Source of the DNA: a virus
Lineage: Duplodnaviria; Caudoviricetes
Virus record (IMG/VR): IMGVR_UViG_3300044472_000025
Location: 1-24,929 of that record
DNA length: 24,929 nt
Reading direction: 5' to 3' (one strand)
The position numbers and the translations under genes were made by a program. This document shows, piece by piece, positions 1 through 8,219 of the stretch (within the stretch, counting starts at the first letter, position 1; the number at the start of each line of letters is the position of its first letter). The notes under the pieces were generated by a model. The model saw nothing but the letters and a program-made list of their open reading frames with translations. It was not told the DNA's origin and did not search any database.

Positions 1-2
1 GT

Positions 3-629
3 CTGAAGGTGGAGGTGCTGCCGCAACACACGTCCGCCGTAGCAGCCAAGGGCAGTTACCAAACGTCGAGGCAGATCGTGAAGCTGTTCGAGGGTAAGAC
101 CAATCCGCAAACGGCCGCGCACGAGATCCTGCACCATGCCGAGCGCATGATGCCGGAAGCCGTGCAGCAGGGCATCCGGCGTGAGTGGCAACGTTCTCTC
201 GACAAGGCGATCAGCGAGGCCGACGGCCCGCAGCGCGCCGCCCTGGAAGACGCGAAGCAGATGATGTCGGGCGACAAGGCCGAGGCATCGGCCGCGAAGG
301 ACCGCGTAATCCAGGCCTTCAGGGACAAGGTGCTCGATCCCAAGGAGCACTATGCCCTCACCGACCCGAGCGAGTTCTGGGCGGTCAACGCCGCACGCAT
401 CCTGCATGAGCGCTTCACCGGTCGTGGCTCTTGGCGTGCTCAGGCCGTGCAGTGGCTGAACGAGATGGTCGAGCACGTGAAGGGCATCGTCGGCGTGCGC
501 TCTGATGCGCCAGTGCTGAAAGCGCTCGACACCGTGCTCAACCCCAAGACAAACAAGGGGCGTAAGCAATCCGCCGGCATGCTCAAGTCGACAGATGAGC
601 GCGGACAATTTCTTGGCGCTTCACCGTAG
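3..629 (+). CDS. C-terminal part of a large virion/ejection (polyvalent-type) protein with zincin-like metallopeptidase motif; 5'-truncated by the window
   Basis: Frame is open from the window edge; TAAHEILHH (HExxH) plus downstream PSEFWA glutamate motif; lies just upstream of the lysis genes. Confidence 0.6.
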   Translation: MKVEVLPQHTSAVAAKGSYQTSRQIVKLFEGKTNPQTAAHEILHHAERMMPEAVQQGIRREWQRSLDKAISEADGPQRAALEDAKQMMSGDKAEASAAKDRVIQAFRDKVLDPKEHYALTDPSEFWAVNAARILHERFTGRGSWRAQAVQWLNEMVEHVKGIVGVRSDAPVLKALDTVLNPKTNKGRKQSAGMLKSTDERGQFLGASP

Positions 630-682
630 ATTCCCCACACCCGACCGTCGAGGCCGTACAGATGAGAGATCAGGAGCGTGAC

Positions 683-931
683 ATGCACACCCGTAGCGAC
701 GACCCGCCGATCAAGGTGACGCGTGAGATCCCTCTGCCGTGGCTCATCGCGATCGTGATGGGCCTCATCGTTCAAGCGGTGACGATCTGGAACTCAGTGA
801 ACGCGCTCACCGTCGAGGTGAAAGAACTGCGCGTCACCACGGCGACAGGTTCGCTCAAGACCGTCGAGCACGAAGTGCAGCTCGCGGATGTGCTACGCCG
901 CTTGGCGGCTGTCGAGACGAGGTGCAAGTGA
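683..931 (+). CDS. Small membrane protein (one TM helix plus coiled coil), lysis-region holin/antiholin-like
   Basis: AGGAG RBS before ATG 683; hydrophobic LPWLIAIVMGLIVQAVTIW followed by a heptad-like helix. Confidence 0.6.
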   Translation: MHTRSDDPPIKVTREIPLPWLIAIVMGLIVQAVTIWNSVNALTVEVKELRVTTATGSLKTVEHEVQLADVLRRLAAVETRCK

Positions 932-1158
932 TGGATGAGTTCAAAGCCGAATTGCGCAAACTGCACAAGTACGCAAGTACGTGGGTGACGTTCCTGTGGA
1001 CATCCTGCTACATGTACTGGATGCAACTTTCTCACGATACCCAGCAGCAGATACTTTCAAGTTACGGTTTGTTGCGCTATGCTCCCGCAGTAGCATTTGC
1101 TACGTTCCTGATTGCCCGTGCGATGCCGCAGGCGCAGAAGGACACACCTAAGGAGTAG
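931..1158 (+). CDS. Putative holin (two hydrophobic segments)
   Basis: TGATG coupling with upstream gene; MDEFKAELRKLHKYASTWVTFLW...APAVAFATFLIARAMPQ; charged C-terminus. Confidence 0.55.
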   Translation: MDEFKAELRKLHKYASTWVTFLWTSCYMYWMQLSHDTQQQILSSYGLLRYAPAVAFATFLIARAMPQAQKDTPKE

Positions 1159-1164
1159 TTTTTC

Positions 1165-1404
1165 ATGAGCTCAGACCTCTACGTCACTCGGCTGTACTGG
1201 GACGGACGTAGAGGGATCGCCAAGACGGCGGACGCTGAAGTGAAGCTAAGTGAGCCGCCGCTGCTCAACATCCCTGCGCGTTTCGACGAGATCGACTACG
1301 CACCCGAAGTGGAAGTAGCCCAACTGCGAGATCGCTTCGGGAAGTGGCGCGACATGCACCACGAGGAGATCGAAGCGGCAAAGCGTTTTCTTGAAGGACT
1401 CTGA
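1165..1404 (+). CDS. Hypothetical protein (79 aa)
   Basis: AAGGAG RBS upstream; fills the gap between neighbouring genes. Confidence 0.7.
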   Translation: MSSDLYVTRLYWDGRRGIAKTADAEVKLSEPPLLNIPARFDEIDYAPEVEVAQLRDRFGKWRDMHHEEIEAAKRFLEGL

Positions 1405-1406
1405 TC

Positions 1407-1886
1407 GTGCTCACACTCCTGTCAATGCTCGGCGGCGGCATCTTCCGCCTCGTCCCGTTCATCGTCGACTTCTTCAAACAGAAGCAAGACGCCGACCACG
1501 AGTACCGCATGTCGCAGTTGCAGCTGCAGATCGACCAAGCTCGAGCGACGCAAGCGATCGACTTGGCGCACGCGCAGGCCGATATTGCAACGAATGCCGG
1601 CGAACTCGCGGCCTGGACCGAAGCGCTGAAAGCGCAAGGTGCGCCGAGCGGCGTAGCGTGGGTCGATGCCGTGTCGGCCACGGTGCGGCCGTTCTTGACG
1701 TACTGGTGGTGCGTGGGCCTGTACGGCAGCGCAAAGCTCATCCAGGTGGTTGTGGCCTTCCAGTCGCATGCGGCGCTCGCGCAGTTCGTGCCGATCCTCG
1801 TGACGGAGTTCGATCAGCAGGTCATTGCTTCGATCCTCGCGTTCTGGTTCGTCGATAGGGCCTTGCGCAAGATGGGCGGCAAGTGA
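1407..1886 (+). CDS. Holin-like membrane protein (resembles the 3TM gene-transfer-agent holin family)
   Basis: N-terminal hydrophobic segment, coiled coil, WVDAVSATVRPFLTY motif, C-terminal ILAFWFVDR; overlaps endolysin start (GTGA). Confidence 0.65.
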   Translation: MLTLLSMLGGGIFRLVPFIVDFFKQKQDADHEYRMSQLQLQIDQARATQAIDLAHAQADIATNAGELAAWTEALKAQGAPSGVAWVDAVSATVRPFLTYWWCVGLYGSAKLIQVVVAFQSHAALAQFVPILVTEFDQQVIASILAFWFVDRALRKMGGK

Positions 1887-2305
1887 TCTCGACCCCGCCC
1901 GGCCTCATCACGCTGATCCAGCGCTTCGAGGGCCTGCGCCTGCGGGCCTACTGGTGCCCGGCCGGGATCCTAACGTGCGGGTGGGGGTCAACGGGACCGG
2001 ACATCGGCCCGGCGACGGTGTGGACGCGCGAGGAGGCTGACCGGCGCATGCTGCTCGACGCGCAGCGCTTCACGTTGTCGGCGCAGCGGCTGTGTCCGCG
2101 CGCCGAGGGCACGCAACTCGCGGCTCTGGCGGATTTCGCCTACAACCTCGGCACGACGCGCCTCGCGAGTTCCACGTTGCGGCGCAAGTTCAACCGAGGC
2201 GACATCGAGGGTGCTCGTGCCGAGTTCGGTCGCTGGGTGTACGCAGGCGGCAAGAAACTGCCGGGCCTGGTGCTGCGACGCGCCGCCGAGGCGGCGCTGC
2301 TGTAG
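1883..2305 (+). CDS. Endolysin, GH24 phage lysozyme
   Basis: FEGLRLRAYWCPAGILTCGWG (E-x8-C-x5-T triad), FAYNLG, STLRRK, WVYAGGKKLPGLVLRRAAE. Confidence 0.95.
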   Translation: MISTPPGLITLIQRFEGLRLRAYWCPAGILTCGWGSTGPDIGPATVWTREEADRRMLLDAQRFTLSAQRLCPRAEGTQLAALADFAYNLGTTRLASSTLRRKFNRGDIEGARAEFGRWVYAGGKKLPGLVLRRAAEAALL

Positions 2306-2306
2306 C

Positions 2307-2444
2307 CTACTTCTTGCCCTTCTTGGGCTTCTTGTCGCTCTTGACGCCGGCTTTCTTGTCGAGCGCCGTGTCCTTCTTCGAGCCTTCCTTGACGCCGGCC
2401 TTCTTGTCGCGGGCCATGTCCATCTTCTCGGTCATCTTCTTCAT
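2307..2444 (-). CDS. Small Lys-rich protein (45 aa; not in ORF track)
   Basis: Manual translation MKKMTEKMDMARDKKAGVKEGSKKDTALDKKAGVKSDKKPKKGKK; AAGGA RBS; ATGA overlap with upstream gene. Confidence 0.75.
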   Translation of the reverse strand: MKKMTEKMDMARDKKAGVKEGSKKDTALDKKAGVKSDKKPKKGKK

Positions 2445-2617
2445 TTCTTGAATCCTTTCAGGGTTTCAGCGAGCCGGGCACGTTTGCCTTCCTTGCCGGG
2501 TTTCTTGGCCGCAGCCGCGAGCTTCGCAGCCGGGATCTTCTTGCCTTGCGGCACGCCGAGTTCCTTGTGCAGCGCACCCGGCTTCTTGATGGCGCCGGCG
2601 ATCCAATTCTTGGCCAT
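2441..2617 (-). CDS. Small basic phage protein (58 aa; not in ORF track)
   Basis: Manual translation MAKNWIAGAIKKPGALHKELGVPQGKKIPAAKLAAAAKKPGKEGKRARLAETLKGFKK; AGGAGG RBS at 2626-2631. Confidence 0.85.
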   Translation of the reverse strand: MAKNWIAGAIKKPGALHKELGVPQGKKIPAAKLAAAAKKPGKEGKRARLAETLKGFKK

Positions 2618-2648
2618 GATGCGGGCCTCCTGAAAGACAAGGTGCGCT

Positions 2649-2678
2649 ATTGTGCGGCAAACTCCTGCTGCCGCACAA
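2649..2678 (-). promoter_or_regulatory. Inverted repeat overlapping a possible sigma70 promoter (hairpin or operator)
   Basis: TTGTGCGGCA-9 nt-TGCCGCACAA perfect 10-bp arms; minus strand reads TTGTGC-18 nt-CACAAT. Confidence 0.45.
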
Positions 2679-2681
2679 CCG

Positions 2682-3389
2682 TCACAGGTTGCTCAACATC
2701 TTGGCGAACGCCATCTGCCACATGTCGTCGTGCTCGGCGCGGGCCCAGCCATCGATCCACGGGCCGCCGAGCGTGAAGTGGGCGATGCCCAGGTTCTCGG
2801 GCCGGGGTTGCGCGTTCACAAGCCAGTTCCACGCCGGGTCGAGTTCGCCGATCTCGTCGTCATGCAGCCAGTAGAGGGCGTGCAAGTCGCGCCCCGGGCG
2901 CGCGTTGATGTCGTGGATGGTCAGGCGCCTGTTGGCCTTGTGGTCGCAGTTGAACAGCATCACGCTCGACCAGTTCTTGCGCGCGTAGACGCTCTGCTCT
3001 TGGTTGACCATCTTCCGTTGGCGATCGACGACTTGCTGGTGCTGCACCACGCTGAGGGCCTTCTTCGCTGTCGCCTCGATCAGCATCTCGCGCGGGTCGC
3101 GGTAGAAGATGACGTCGCAGTCGACGAACAACGCCATGCCGCCTTGGCAGAGGATCGGCGTGAGGAAACGCGAGATCGCGAAGCGCGTGCTCTTCTTCGC
3201 GTTGCTCACGAGATCATAGTCCTGGCCCCCGCGGTGGTCAGCCAAGCGCCAGAGCAATCCGTGTGCGGTGAGCTTGCTCGCGCACAGCAGTTCAGGCTCG
3301 ATCTGCCCGTGCGTCACGTCGCGCAAGGACTCGACCGCCACGCGGGCGGCCTCATGCTCGCGCTCGTCATAGCCGATGTAGACTTTCAT
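2682..3389 (-). CDS. GT-A glycosyltransferase (GT8-like, similar to the plant CDI-type family)
   Basis: IGYDERE, STRFAISRF, ALFVDCD (DxD), RKNWSSVMLFNC, WNWLV, HFTLGGPW. Confidence 0.85.
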   Translation of the reverse strand: MKVYIGYDEREHEAARVAVESLRDVTHGQIEPELLCASKLTAHGLLWRLADHRGGQDYDLVSNAKKSTRFAISRFLTPILCQGGMALFVDCDVIFYRDPREMLIEATAKKALSVVQHQQVVDRQRKMVNQEQSVYARKNWSSVMLFNCDHKANRRLTIHDINARPGRDLHALYWLHDDEIGELDPAWNWLVNAQPRPENLGIAHFTLGGPWIDGWARAEHDDMWQMAFAKMLSNL

Positions 3390-4036
3390 GCCGGCACGAG
3401 AATGTAGTCGCCTGAGATTTCCTCAACGACCTTGTACCCGAGCCGCTGAAGAAACGAGACAGCCCCTTGCGGCTTGAGCCCGAAGCGCGAAGCCATGTCG
3501 CGTTTCTGCTCCACGATGATCGTCGGCTTGCAGCGCTCGATCGTCTTCAGGCCGCCGATGAGCACGTTCTCTTCGTAGCCTTCGCAATCGATCTTCAGCA
3601 AGTCGACGTTTTCGAGGTTGAACGAGTCAAGCCGACGCATCGGCACGTCGCCGCCGGCGCGCACCTGGCTGTCGCCGCTGCTGCCCTTGGTGGTCTCGAT
3701 GCGGCAGGTGCCCTCGACGGCGCCGAGCGCGTAGGCATGCAGATCGACGTTCTTGAAGTCGGCGAGATTGCGGATGAAGCACTCGCGATGCTCGAGCACC
3801 GGCTCGAAAGCAACGACCTTCTCGAAGCGGTGCGCGAGATTGAAGCTCCACAGGCCGATATGTGCGCCGACATCGACTGCCGTGCCGTTGGTATGGCAGT
3901 GCGCGAGAGTGGCAACCTGCTTGCGGCCTTGGTAAGTGTCACGACCGTTGAGCGGCAACTTGTTCTTGGGCGTGCTCATCCATTCGAGCATGTGGGATTC
4001 GTGGCTAGGCCACCACCAGCCGAGGGCTTGTTTCAT
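3386..4036 (-). CDS. FkbM family SAM-dependent methyltransferase
   Basis: VDVGAHIGLWS, AFEP, LKIDCEGYEENVLIG, KPTIIVE. Confidence 0.93.
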   Translation of the reverse strand: MKQALGWWWPSHESHMLEWMSTPKNKLPLNGRDTYQGRKQVATLAHCHTNGTAVDVGAHIGLWSFNLAHRFEKVVAFEPVLEHRECFIRNLADFKNVDLHAYALGAVEGTCRIETTKGSSGDSQVRAGGDVPMRRLDSFNLENVDLLKIDCEGYEENVLIGGLKTIERCKPTIIVEQKRDMASRFGLKPQGAVSFLQRLGYKVVEEISGDYILVPA

Positions 4037-4311
4037 CACGCTTCTCCTTCAAGTTTGTCCGCAAGTTCACGAAGCGCAGCCGCAGCCTTGCGAGCCGCTT
4101 TCTTCTCGGGCGTGATTGGATCGGGTTCAATAGCCACCCGAATGCCTGAGCACAAACCGAGCAACGAGGCATGCGTTCTGGGTTCTGGTACGTTGCACTC
4201 ACGTGCAAGTTCTTTCGCCATTGAGAGCGGTACCGTTACCTCAATGATCGTCACGCGGCGCGCGTCTGCGTTTGCTTGGATGTCGATAAGGGTGCCGAGA
4301 GCCGAAGTCAT
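4036..4311 (-). CDS. Hypothetical protein (91 aa) within the glycosyltransferase cluster
   Basis: ATG overlaps GT9 stop (ATGA) and its TGA overlaps the FkbM ATG. Confidence 0.6.
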   Translation of the reverse strand: MTSALGTLIDIQANADARRVTIIEVTVPLSMAKELARECNVPEPRTHASLLGLCSGIRVAIEPDPITPEKKAARKAAAALRELADKLEGEA

Positions 4312-5069
4312 TTCAGGATCTCCTTGAGTTCGTTCAAAACCGCTGCCGGGGTGATTGTCGTCATTGCTGCGCGGCAATGGTCGCAGTTCGTTCGCATGCC
4401 GCAACCCAGTCCTTCACCCGCAAACAAGTTGCGGTGCGACGGGTAACCGGTGACGGCCGGTGAGATGAAACCGCCGAAGATGACGACGGCTGGCGTGCCG
4501 ACGGCGGCTGCTGCGTGGTGCAAGCCGCCTTCCGTGCCCACGAACGCACGACACACCGACAGCACGGCGCAGGCCTTGCGGAAGGTGTCGGTTTCGACGA
4601 ACTGGGCGTGCAACAGTTTGCGTGTGCCGGGCGGGCCGCACTGCACGAGCTTGGCGATGCGCCCGAGGTAGATCGCGCTGTCGAGTTGCCCCCAGAAGAT
4701 CGGGCCCCACGCCTTGTTGTTATGGCCCTGGGCCTTCACGTGCGGCTCGACCATCACCATGCCGCGGTAGGGCTCGGCGAAGGCGAGCTCGGCGGGGGTG
4801 AAGAACATCTCGGCGGGCTTGGGCTGGTACTTGCGCCATGTCCAGCGGGTTTCGGTCTTCGCTGCGATGTACGGCCGCACACCGGGGCCGTTCACGATGC
4901 GCGCGAAGTTCGGCAGCCCCCGCAAGTTCTTGACGAGGTACGGCACGCCGTCGAACACCTCAGACCAGATCGGGCGCCCGTCGCGGCCGACGATGAGGAC
5001 CGGGGCCTTCGTCTTGTGGTGCAGCGCGCGGGCTTCGCCGCTCGCCATGATGGCGTCGCCGATGCCCAC
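4308..5069 (-). CDS. GT9 family glycosyltransferase (ADP-heptose:LPS heptosyltransferase-like)
   Basis: N-terminal MGIGDAIM; C-terminal FVGTEGGLHHAAAAVGTPAVVIFGG; terminal C-x-M-x4-C-x2-C. Confidence 0.88.
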   Translation of the reverse strand: MGIGDAIMASGEARALHHKTKAPVLIVGRDGRPIWSEVFDGVPYLVKNLRGLPNFARIVNGPGVRPYIAAKTETRWTWRKYQPKPAEMFFTPAELAFAEPYRGMVMVEPHVKAQGHNNKAWGPIFWGQLDSAIYLGRIAKLVQCGPPGTRKLLHAQFVETDTFRKACAVLSVCRAFVGTEGGLHHAAAAVGTPAVVIFGGFISPAVTGYPSHRNLFAGEGLGCGMRTNCDHCRAAMTTITPAAVLNELKEILK

Positions 5070-5603
5070 TTACGGTGTCTCGACGAGGGTGAAGTTGAGG
5101 CCCCTGTTGAGGTGAGGTTCGCCGAACGTGTCGAGCCACCACTGATAGGGTTTGACCGTCACGTGCAGGTTCTCGTCGGTGCCCGGGAACGTCTTCTTGG
5201 CCGGGCGACAGCACACGCTGGCCCACACGGTGTGACGGGCGTAGGAGAACAGGCGTGCGATGAACTCGTCGACCTCGGCCTCAGGGATGTGCTCGAGCAC
5301 ATCGCTGCACAGCACGGCATCGAACTGCTTGCCGATTGGTGGCAGTTGCGCGTAGCGTTTGAAGGCCGGGTCGTAGAGCGTGACGTTCTTGCGTTTGATG
5401 CCCCACTCGCTGTGAACCGTGTGCGGGCTTGCGTAGGCATCGCCTCGGCCGCAGCCGAAGTCGAGCAGCGTCACGCACCCGTGGCGCTTCAGGATCTTGC
5501 CAATTTGCTTCTTGTGCTGCAGCACACTCAGGCCGTGGAAGTTGCCCTCGTCGGCGGCCATCTCGCGGTAGCGGCCGGTCAGCGTGTCCACACGCCCACC
5601 CAT
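5070..5603 (-). CDS. Class I SAM-dependent methyltransferase
   Basis: LLDFGCGRG, YDPA, FDAVLCSDVLEHIPE, NLHVTVKPYQWW. Confidence 0.9.
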   Translation of the reverse strand: MGGRVDTLTGRYREMAADEGNFHGLSVLQHKKQIGKILKRHGCVTLLDFGCGRGDAYASPHTVHSEWGIKRKNVTLYDPAFKRYAQLPPIGKQFDAVLCSDVLEHIPEAEVDEFIARLFSYARHTVWASVCCRPAKKTFPGTDENLHVTVKPYQWWLDTFGEPHLNRGLNFTLVETP

Positions 5604-6130
5604 TCGCCGAAGTGCCCGCCGTAGCTCGACTCGCGCAGCTTGAAGCCCGCACGTTCCATCGTCTTCCCGATGTAATGCGGTTCGTTCTTCGAGCGCTCGT
5701 CAACGATGGTGGGCGCGTGCTCCGGCGGCAGTCGCAGCACCACGGCTTCGCGTGCGGCCTCCGCGAACGCAGCGCAGGCCGCAGTCGGGTTGCGCAGCTT
5801 GTGCAACAACGCCAGCGCGATCACGATGTCGTAGCTGCGTTTCGGGCGCCACGTGTTGGCGTCGGCGACTTCGAAGGTGACCGGCAGGTCGCCGCGCACA
5901 CGGTTCGCGACTTCGACGTGCTGCGGCACGATCTCCACTCCGTGGACCGCTACGGCGCCTAGCTTGGCCATCTCGATGCTGATGAGGCCTTCGGCGCACC
6001 CGATGTCGAGCACCGACTTGCCGGCGCAGTTGTCGCACAGCCAGTTGAGCCCCTTCATCTGGTCACCGATCGTTCGGTCCCCCGGGCGCCCCGGGGTCCA
6101 GAACCAACCCTTCACTTTCTGTTGAGCCAT
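5579..6130 (-). CDS. Class I SAM-dependent methyltransferase
   Basis: GKSVLDIGCAEG, VHGVEI, YDIVIALALLHKL; start taken at ATG 6130 (MAQQKV). Confidence 0.9.
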   Translation of the reverse strand: MAQQKVKGWFWTPGRPGDRTIGDQMKGLNWLCDNCAGKSVLDIGCAEGLISIEMAKLGAVAVHGVEIVPQHVEVANRVRGDLPVTFEVADANTWRPKRSYDIVIALALLHKLRNPTAACAAFAEAAREAVVLRLPPEHAPTIVDERSKNEPHYIGKTMERAGFKLRESSYGGHFGEWVGVWTR

Positions 6131-6840
6131 TGCCAAGCCTTTCCTTCTCTGATTTCGTCGAGAGTCCACTGATTGTCGGCGAGCACACCGAAGGCACGAA
6201 GCCTATCGTCGCCCTCTGCGCTGAGCGCGGCGCGGTAGGCCAAGCCGTGAACTGCGGAGTGCTTGGAGACGATCGGGCAGACACCGTGCAGGAGTGCTTC
6301 GACTGCTGCGGCCGACGAATGCGTGACGAGCCCCCACGCGCCTTCGAGATCGTCTTGCAACGTGCCGCTGGCCCGTGTCTTGTCACGGTCCCATGCGCGG
6401 ATGCGCAGCGGTCGCGCAGTGCCGAGCGCGTAGTAGTAGCGCAGCCAGTCGTGCTTCACGCCGATGATGTCGCGCATGAAGGCCTCGGACTGCGGGCACA
6501 CAACCCAATGCGCGCCCGGACCTACATCCTGCCACTCACGCGGCACAAGGCCTAAGGCTGCGAAGCGCTTGCCGTCGGTCTGTTGATCGCCAACGCGCAT
6601 CTGCACTGCGTTCTTCGCGATGCGGAATTGTTGCCCGCGTACCGCATCGAAGAAGGAGTTGTCGATGTAGTAGAAGGGCAGCCCTGCGGCCTGCACCTTG
6701 CGCCAAGCATCGAGGTTCGTGTGGTTCACGCCGTAGAAAACCGCGCCGACGGCGCGCTTGTCCGGGCAGCCGTCGAGGAAGGCCCAGCAGATGTCGGCTG
6801 ACTTCTGCTTGCCGGCGACGGGGTGTGCGGTCAGGCCCAT
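6112..6840 (-). CDS. GT-B glycosyltransferase-like protein (KpsC/KpsS capsule-biosynthesis-like), paralog 1
   Basis: YYIDNSFF, VVCPQS, LVTHSSAAAVEALLHGV, QWTLDEIREG; start taken at ATG 6840. Confidence 0.65.
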   Translation of the reverse strand: MGLTAHPVAGKQKSADICWAFLDGCPDKRAVGAVFYGVNHTNLDAWRKVQAAGLPFYYIDNSFFDAVRGQQFRIAKNAVQMRVGDQQTDGKRFAALGLVPREWQDVGPGAHWVVCPQSEAFMRDIIGVKHDWLRYYYALGTARPLRIRAWDRDKTRASGTLQDDLEGAWGLVTHSSAAAVEALLHGVCPIVSKHSAVHGLAYRAALSAEGDDRLRAFGVLADNQWTLDEIREGKAWQWLNRK

Positions 6841-7595
6841 TTCGCAGGCCCCCAGTCGAGTGCGCGCATGCGTGCGAAGGGCTCGCCGTTTTCGACCTCG
6901 GCGACCTTCCACTGCCCGTGCGACATGCGATGTAGGGCGAGTTCGCGAGACGAGTCTGAGCACACCCAGTATGGCGCAGCGTGCCGCACCGGCACGCCTT
7001 CAACCAATGCCTGCACACCGGCAGCACTCGACCAGATGACGCACTCCTTGCACCCCTTCAGGTCGCGGAACAGCGGCACTTTCGGCACGAAGTTGCCGGG
7101 GTGGGGGCGGAAGCGCACGTTCTTCTCACCGCGCGCTTTCAGCTTGGCGACCGTCTTTTCACCCCACTGCGGTGGGCTTGCCATGAGTTTTGAGCCGACC
7201 ATGCGTTGGCCGCAGACGAGAATGTGCCCTTCGGCATTGCTTTGCCGGGGCTTGATCTCGAACCCGAGCCGCGAGAACCGGTCTTCGTCGCCCACAGGGA
7301 ACCAGCCGCTGCCGTTGTGGCCGTGCGTGCTGATCGCATACATCGACTTGTCGATGCGTTGCAGGTAGGCGTTCTCGGTCACGATGACAGTGCCGCCGCG
7401 GCGCTCCCAATCGTCGGCCTGCTCCTCGGACTGACCGGCCTTCTTGTTCCACATCACGAGCAGGTCGTCGCGACTTGACGGGCGCCGGTTGCGCATCTCC
7501 GAGTCCACGATGTAGCCGAGCCGCTTCAGGCCTTTCTCGAAGGCCTCACGCCGGTAGGCCGGCTCCTTGCGCAGTTGGATGATGGCGAGGCTCAC
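6831..7595 (-). CDS. GT-B glycosyltransferase-like protein (KpsC/KpsS capsule-biosynthesis-like), paralog 2
   Basis: VTENAYL, ILVCGQ, FRPHP (HP motif), WSSAAGVQALVEGVPV, QWKVAEVENG. Confidence 0.7.
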   Translation of the reverse strand: MSLAIIQLRKEPAYRREAFEKGLKRLGYIVDSEMRNRRPSSRDDLLVMWNKKAGQSEEQADDWERRGGTVIVTENAYLQRIDKSMYAISTHGHNGSGWFPVGDEDRFSRLGFEIKPRQSNAEGHILVCGQRMVGSKLMASPPQWGEKTVAKLKARGEKNVRFRPHPGNFVPKVPLFRDLKGCKECVIWSSAAGVQALVEGVPVRHAAPYWVCSDSSRELALHRMSHGQWKVAEVENGEPFARMRALDWGPAKWA

Positions 7596-8197
7596 AGTTC
7601 GCTCTCCAAAGTCGAGCGCGGGAACACGTCGAGCGCCGAACCTGGGGTGCAGTTGATGACCTCGCAGCCTTCGGCTTTCAGATCAGCCGCGAGCTTCGTG
7701 AACTTGTGAAGCCACTCCTCAAACTGGTGCTTCTGCACGCACGGGCTCGGGTGGTCGGGGTGCCAGTGCTTCTCGCCGTTCGGCCCCTCGCGCATGTCGA
7801 AGCCGATGAGTAGGATGCGCCGGCAGCCGAAGAGGTACGCGAGGTTGATGGCCGCATAGCCCGAGTTGCCGCCCGTGCAAAGCTCGCGCTTGCCGAGGCC
7901 GTCGCGGGCGATGTTGCGCATGTACTTCAACTGCCAGCGTTCGGCCGCTGCGCTGTCGCACGTCCAGCACTTGTGCATGAGCGCGGCTTTGCGCAGCTCG
8001 TCCGCATAGCTGCGCCAAAACATGAAGTCGATGCCGAAGATCACATCGGCCCAGGGCGCAAGCCGGAACGTGGCGTTCGTGACGATCAGCGGGTGGGTGT
8101 ATCGCGCGACCTGCAACTGCTCATGCGTGAGGCTCGGCCCGCTGGCCGCGATGACGCAAGTTTGACCGGACCAGTCGAGAGGCTTGGCGCTGTTCAT
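7592..8197 (-). CDS. Maf/MptE-like (CstII sialyltransferase-fold) glycosyltransferase-like protein
   Basis: CVIAASGPSL, IVTN, GGNSGYAAINLAYLFGCRRILLIGFDM, HW, VINCTPGSAL. Confidence 0.75.
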   Translation of the reverse strand: MNSAKPLDWSGQTCVIAASGPSLTHEQLQVARYTHPLIVTNATFRLAPWADVIFGIDFMFWRSYADELRKAALMHKCWTCDSAAAERWQLKYMRNIARDGLGKRELCTGGNSGYAAINLAYLFGCRRILLIGFDMREGPNGEKHWHPDHPSPCVQKHQFEEWLHKFTKLAADLKAEGCEVINCTPGSALDVFPRSTLESEL

Positions 8198-8219
8198 TTG
8201 GTAGCGAGTGTATCAGGTG

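Noticed and set aside
2682-8197. TET/JBP- or hydroxymethylase-dependent DNA glycosylation as the default explanation for the cluster
   Set aside because: No 2OG-Fe(II) dioxygenase or dCMP/dUMP hydroxymethylase is visible in the window; kept only as one alternative
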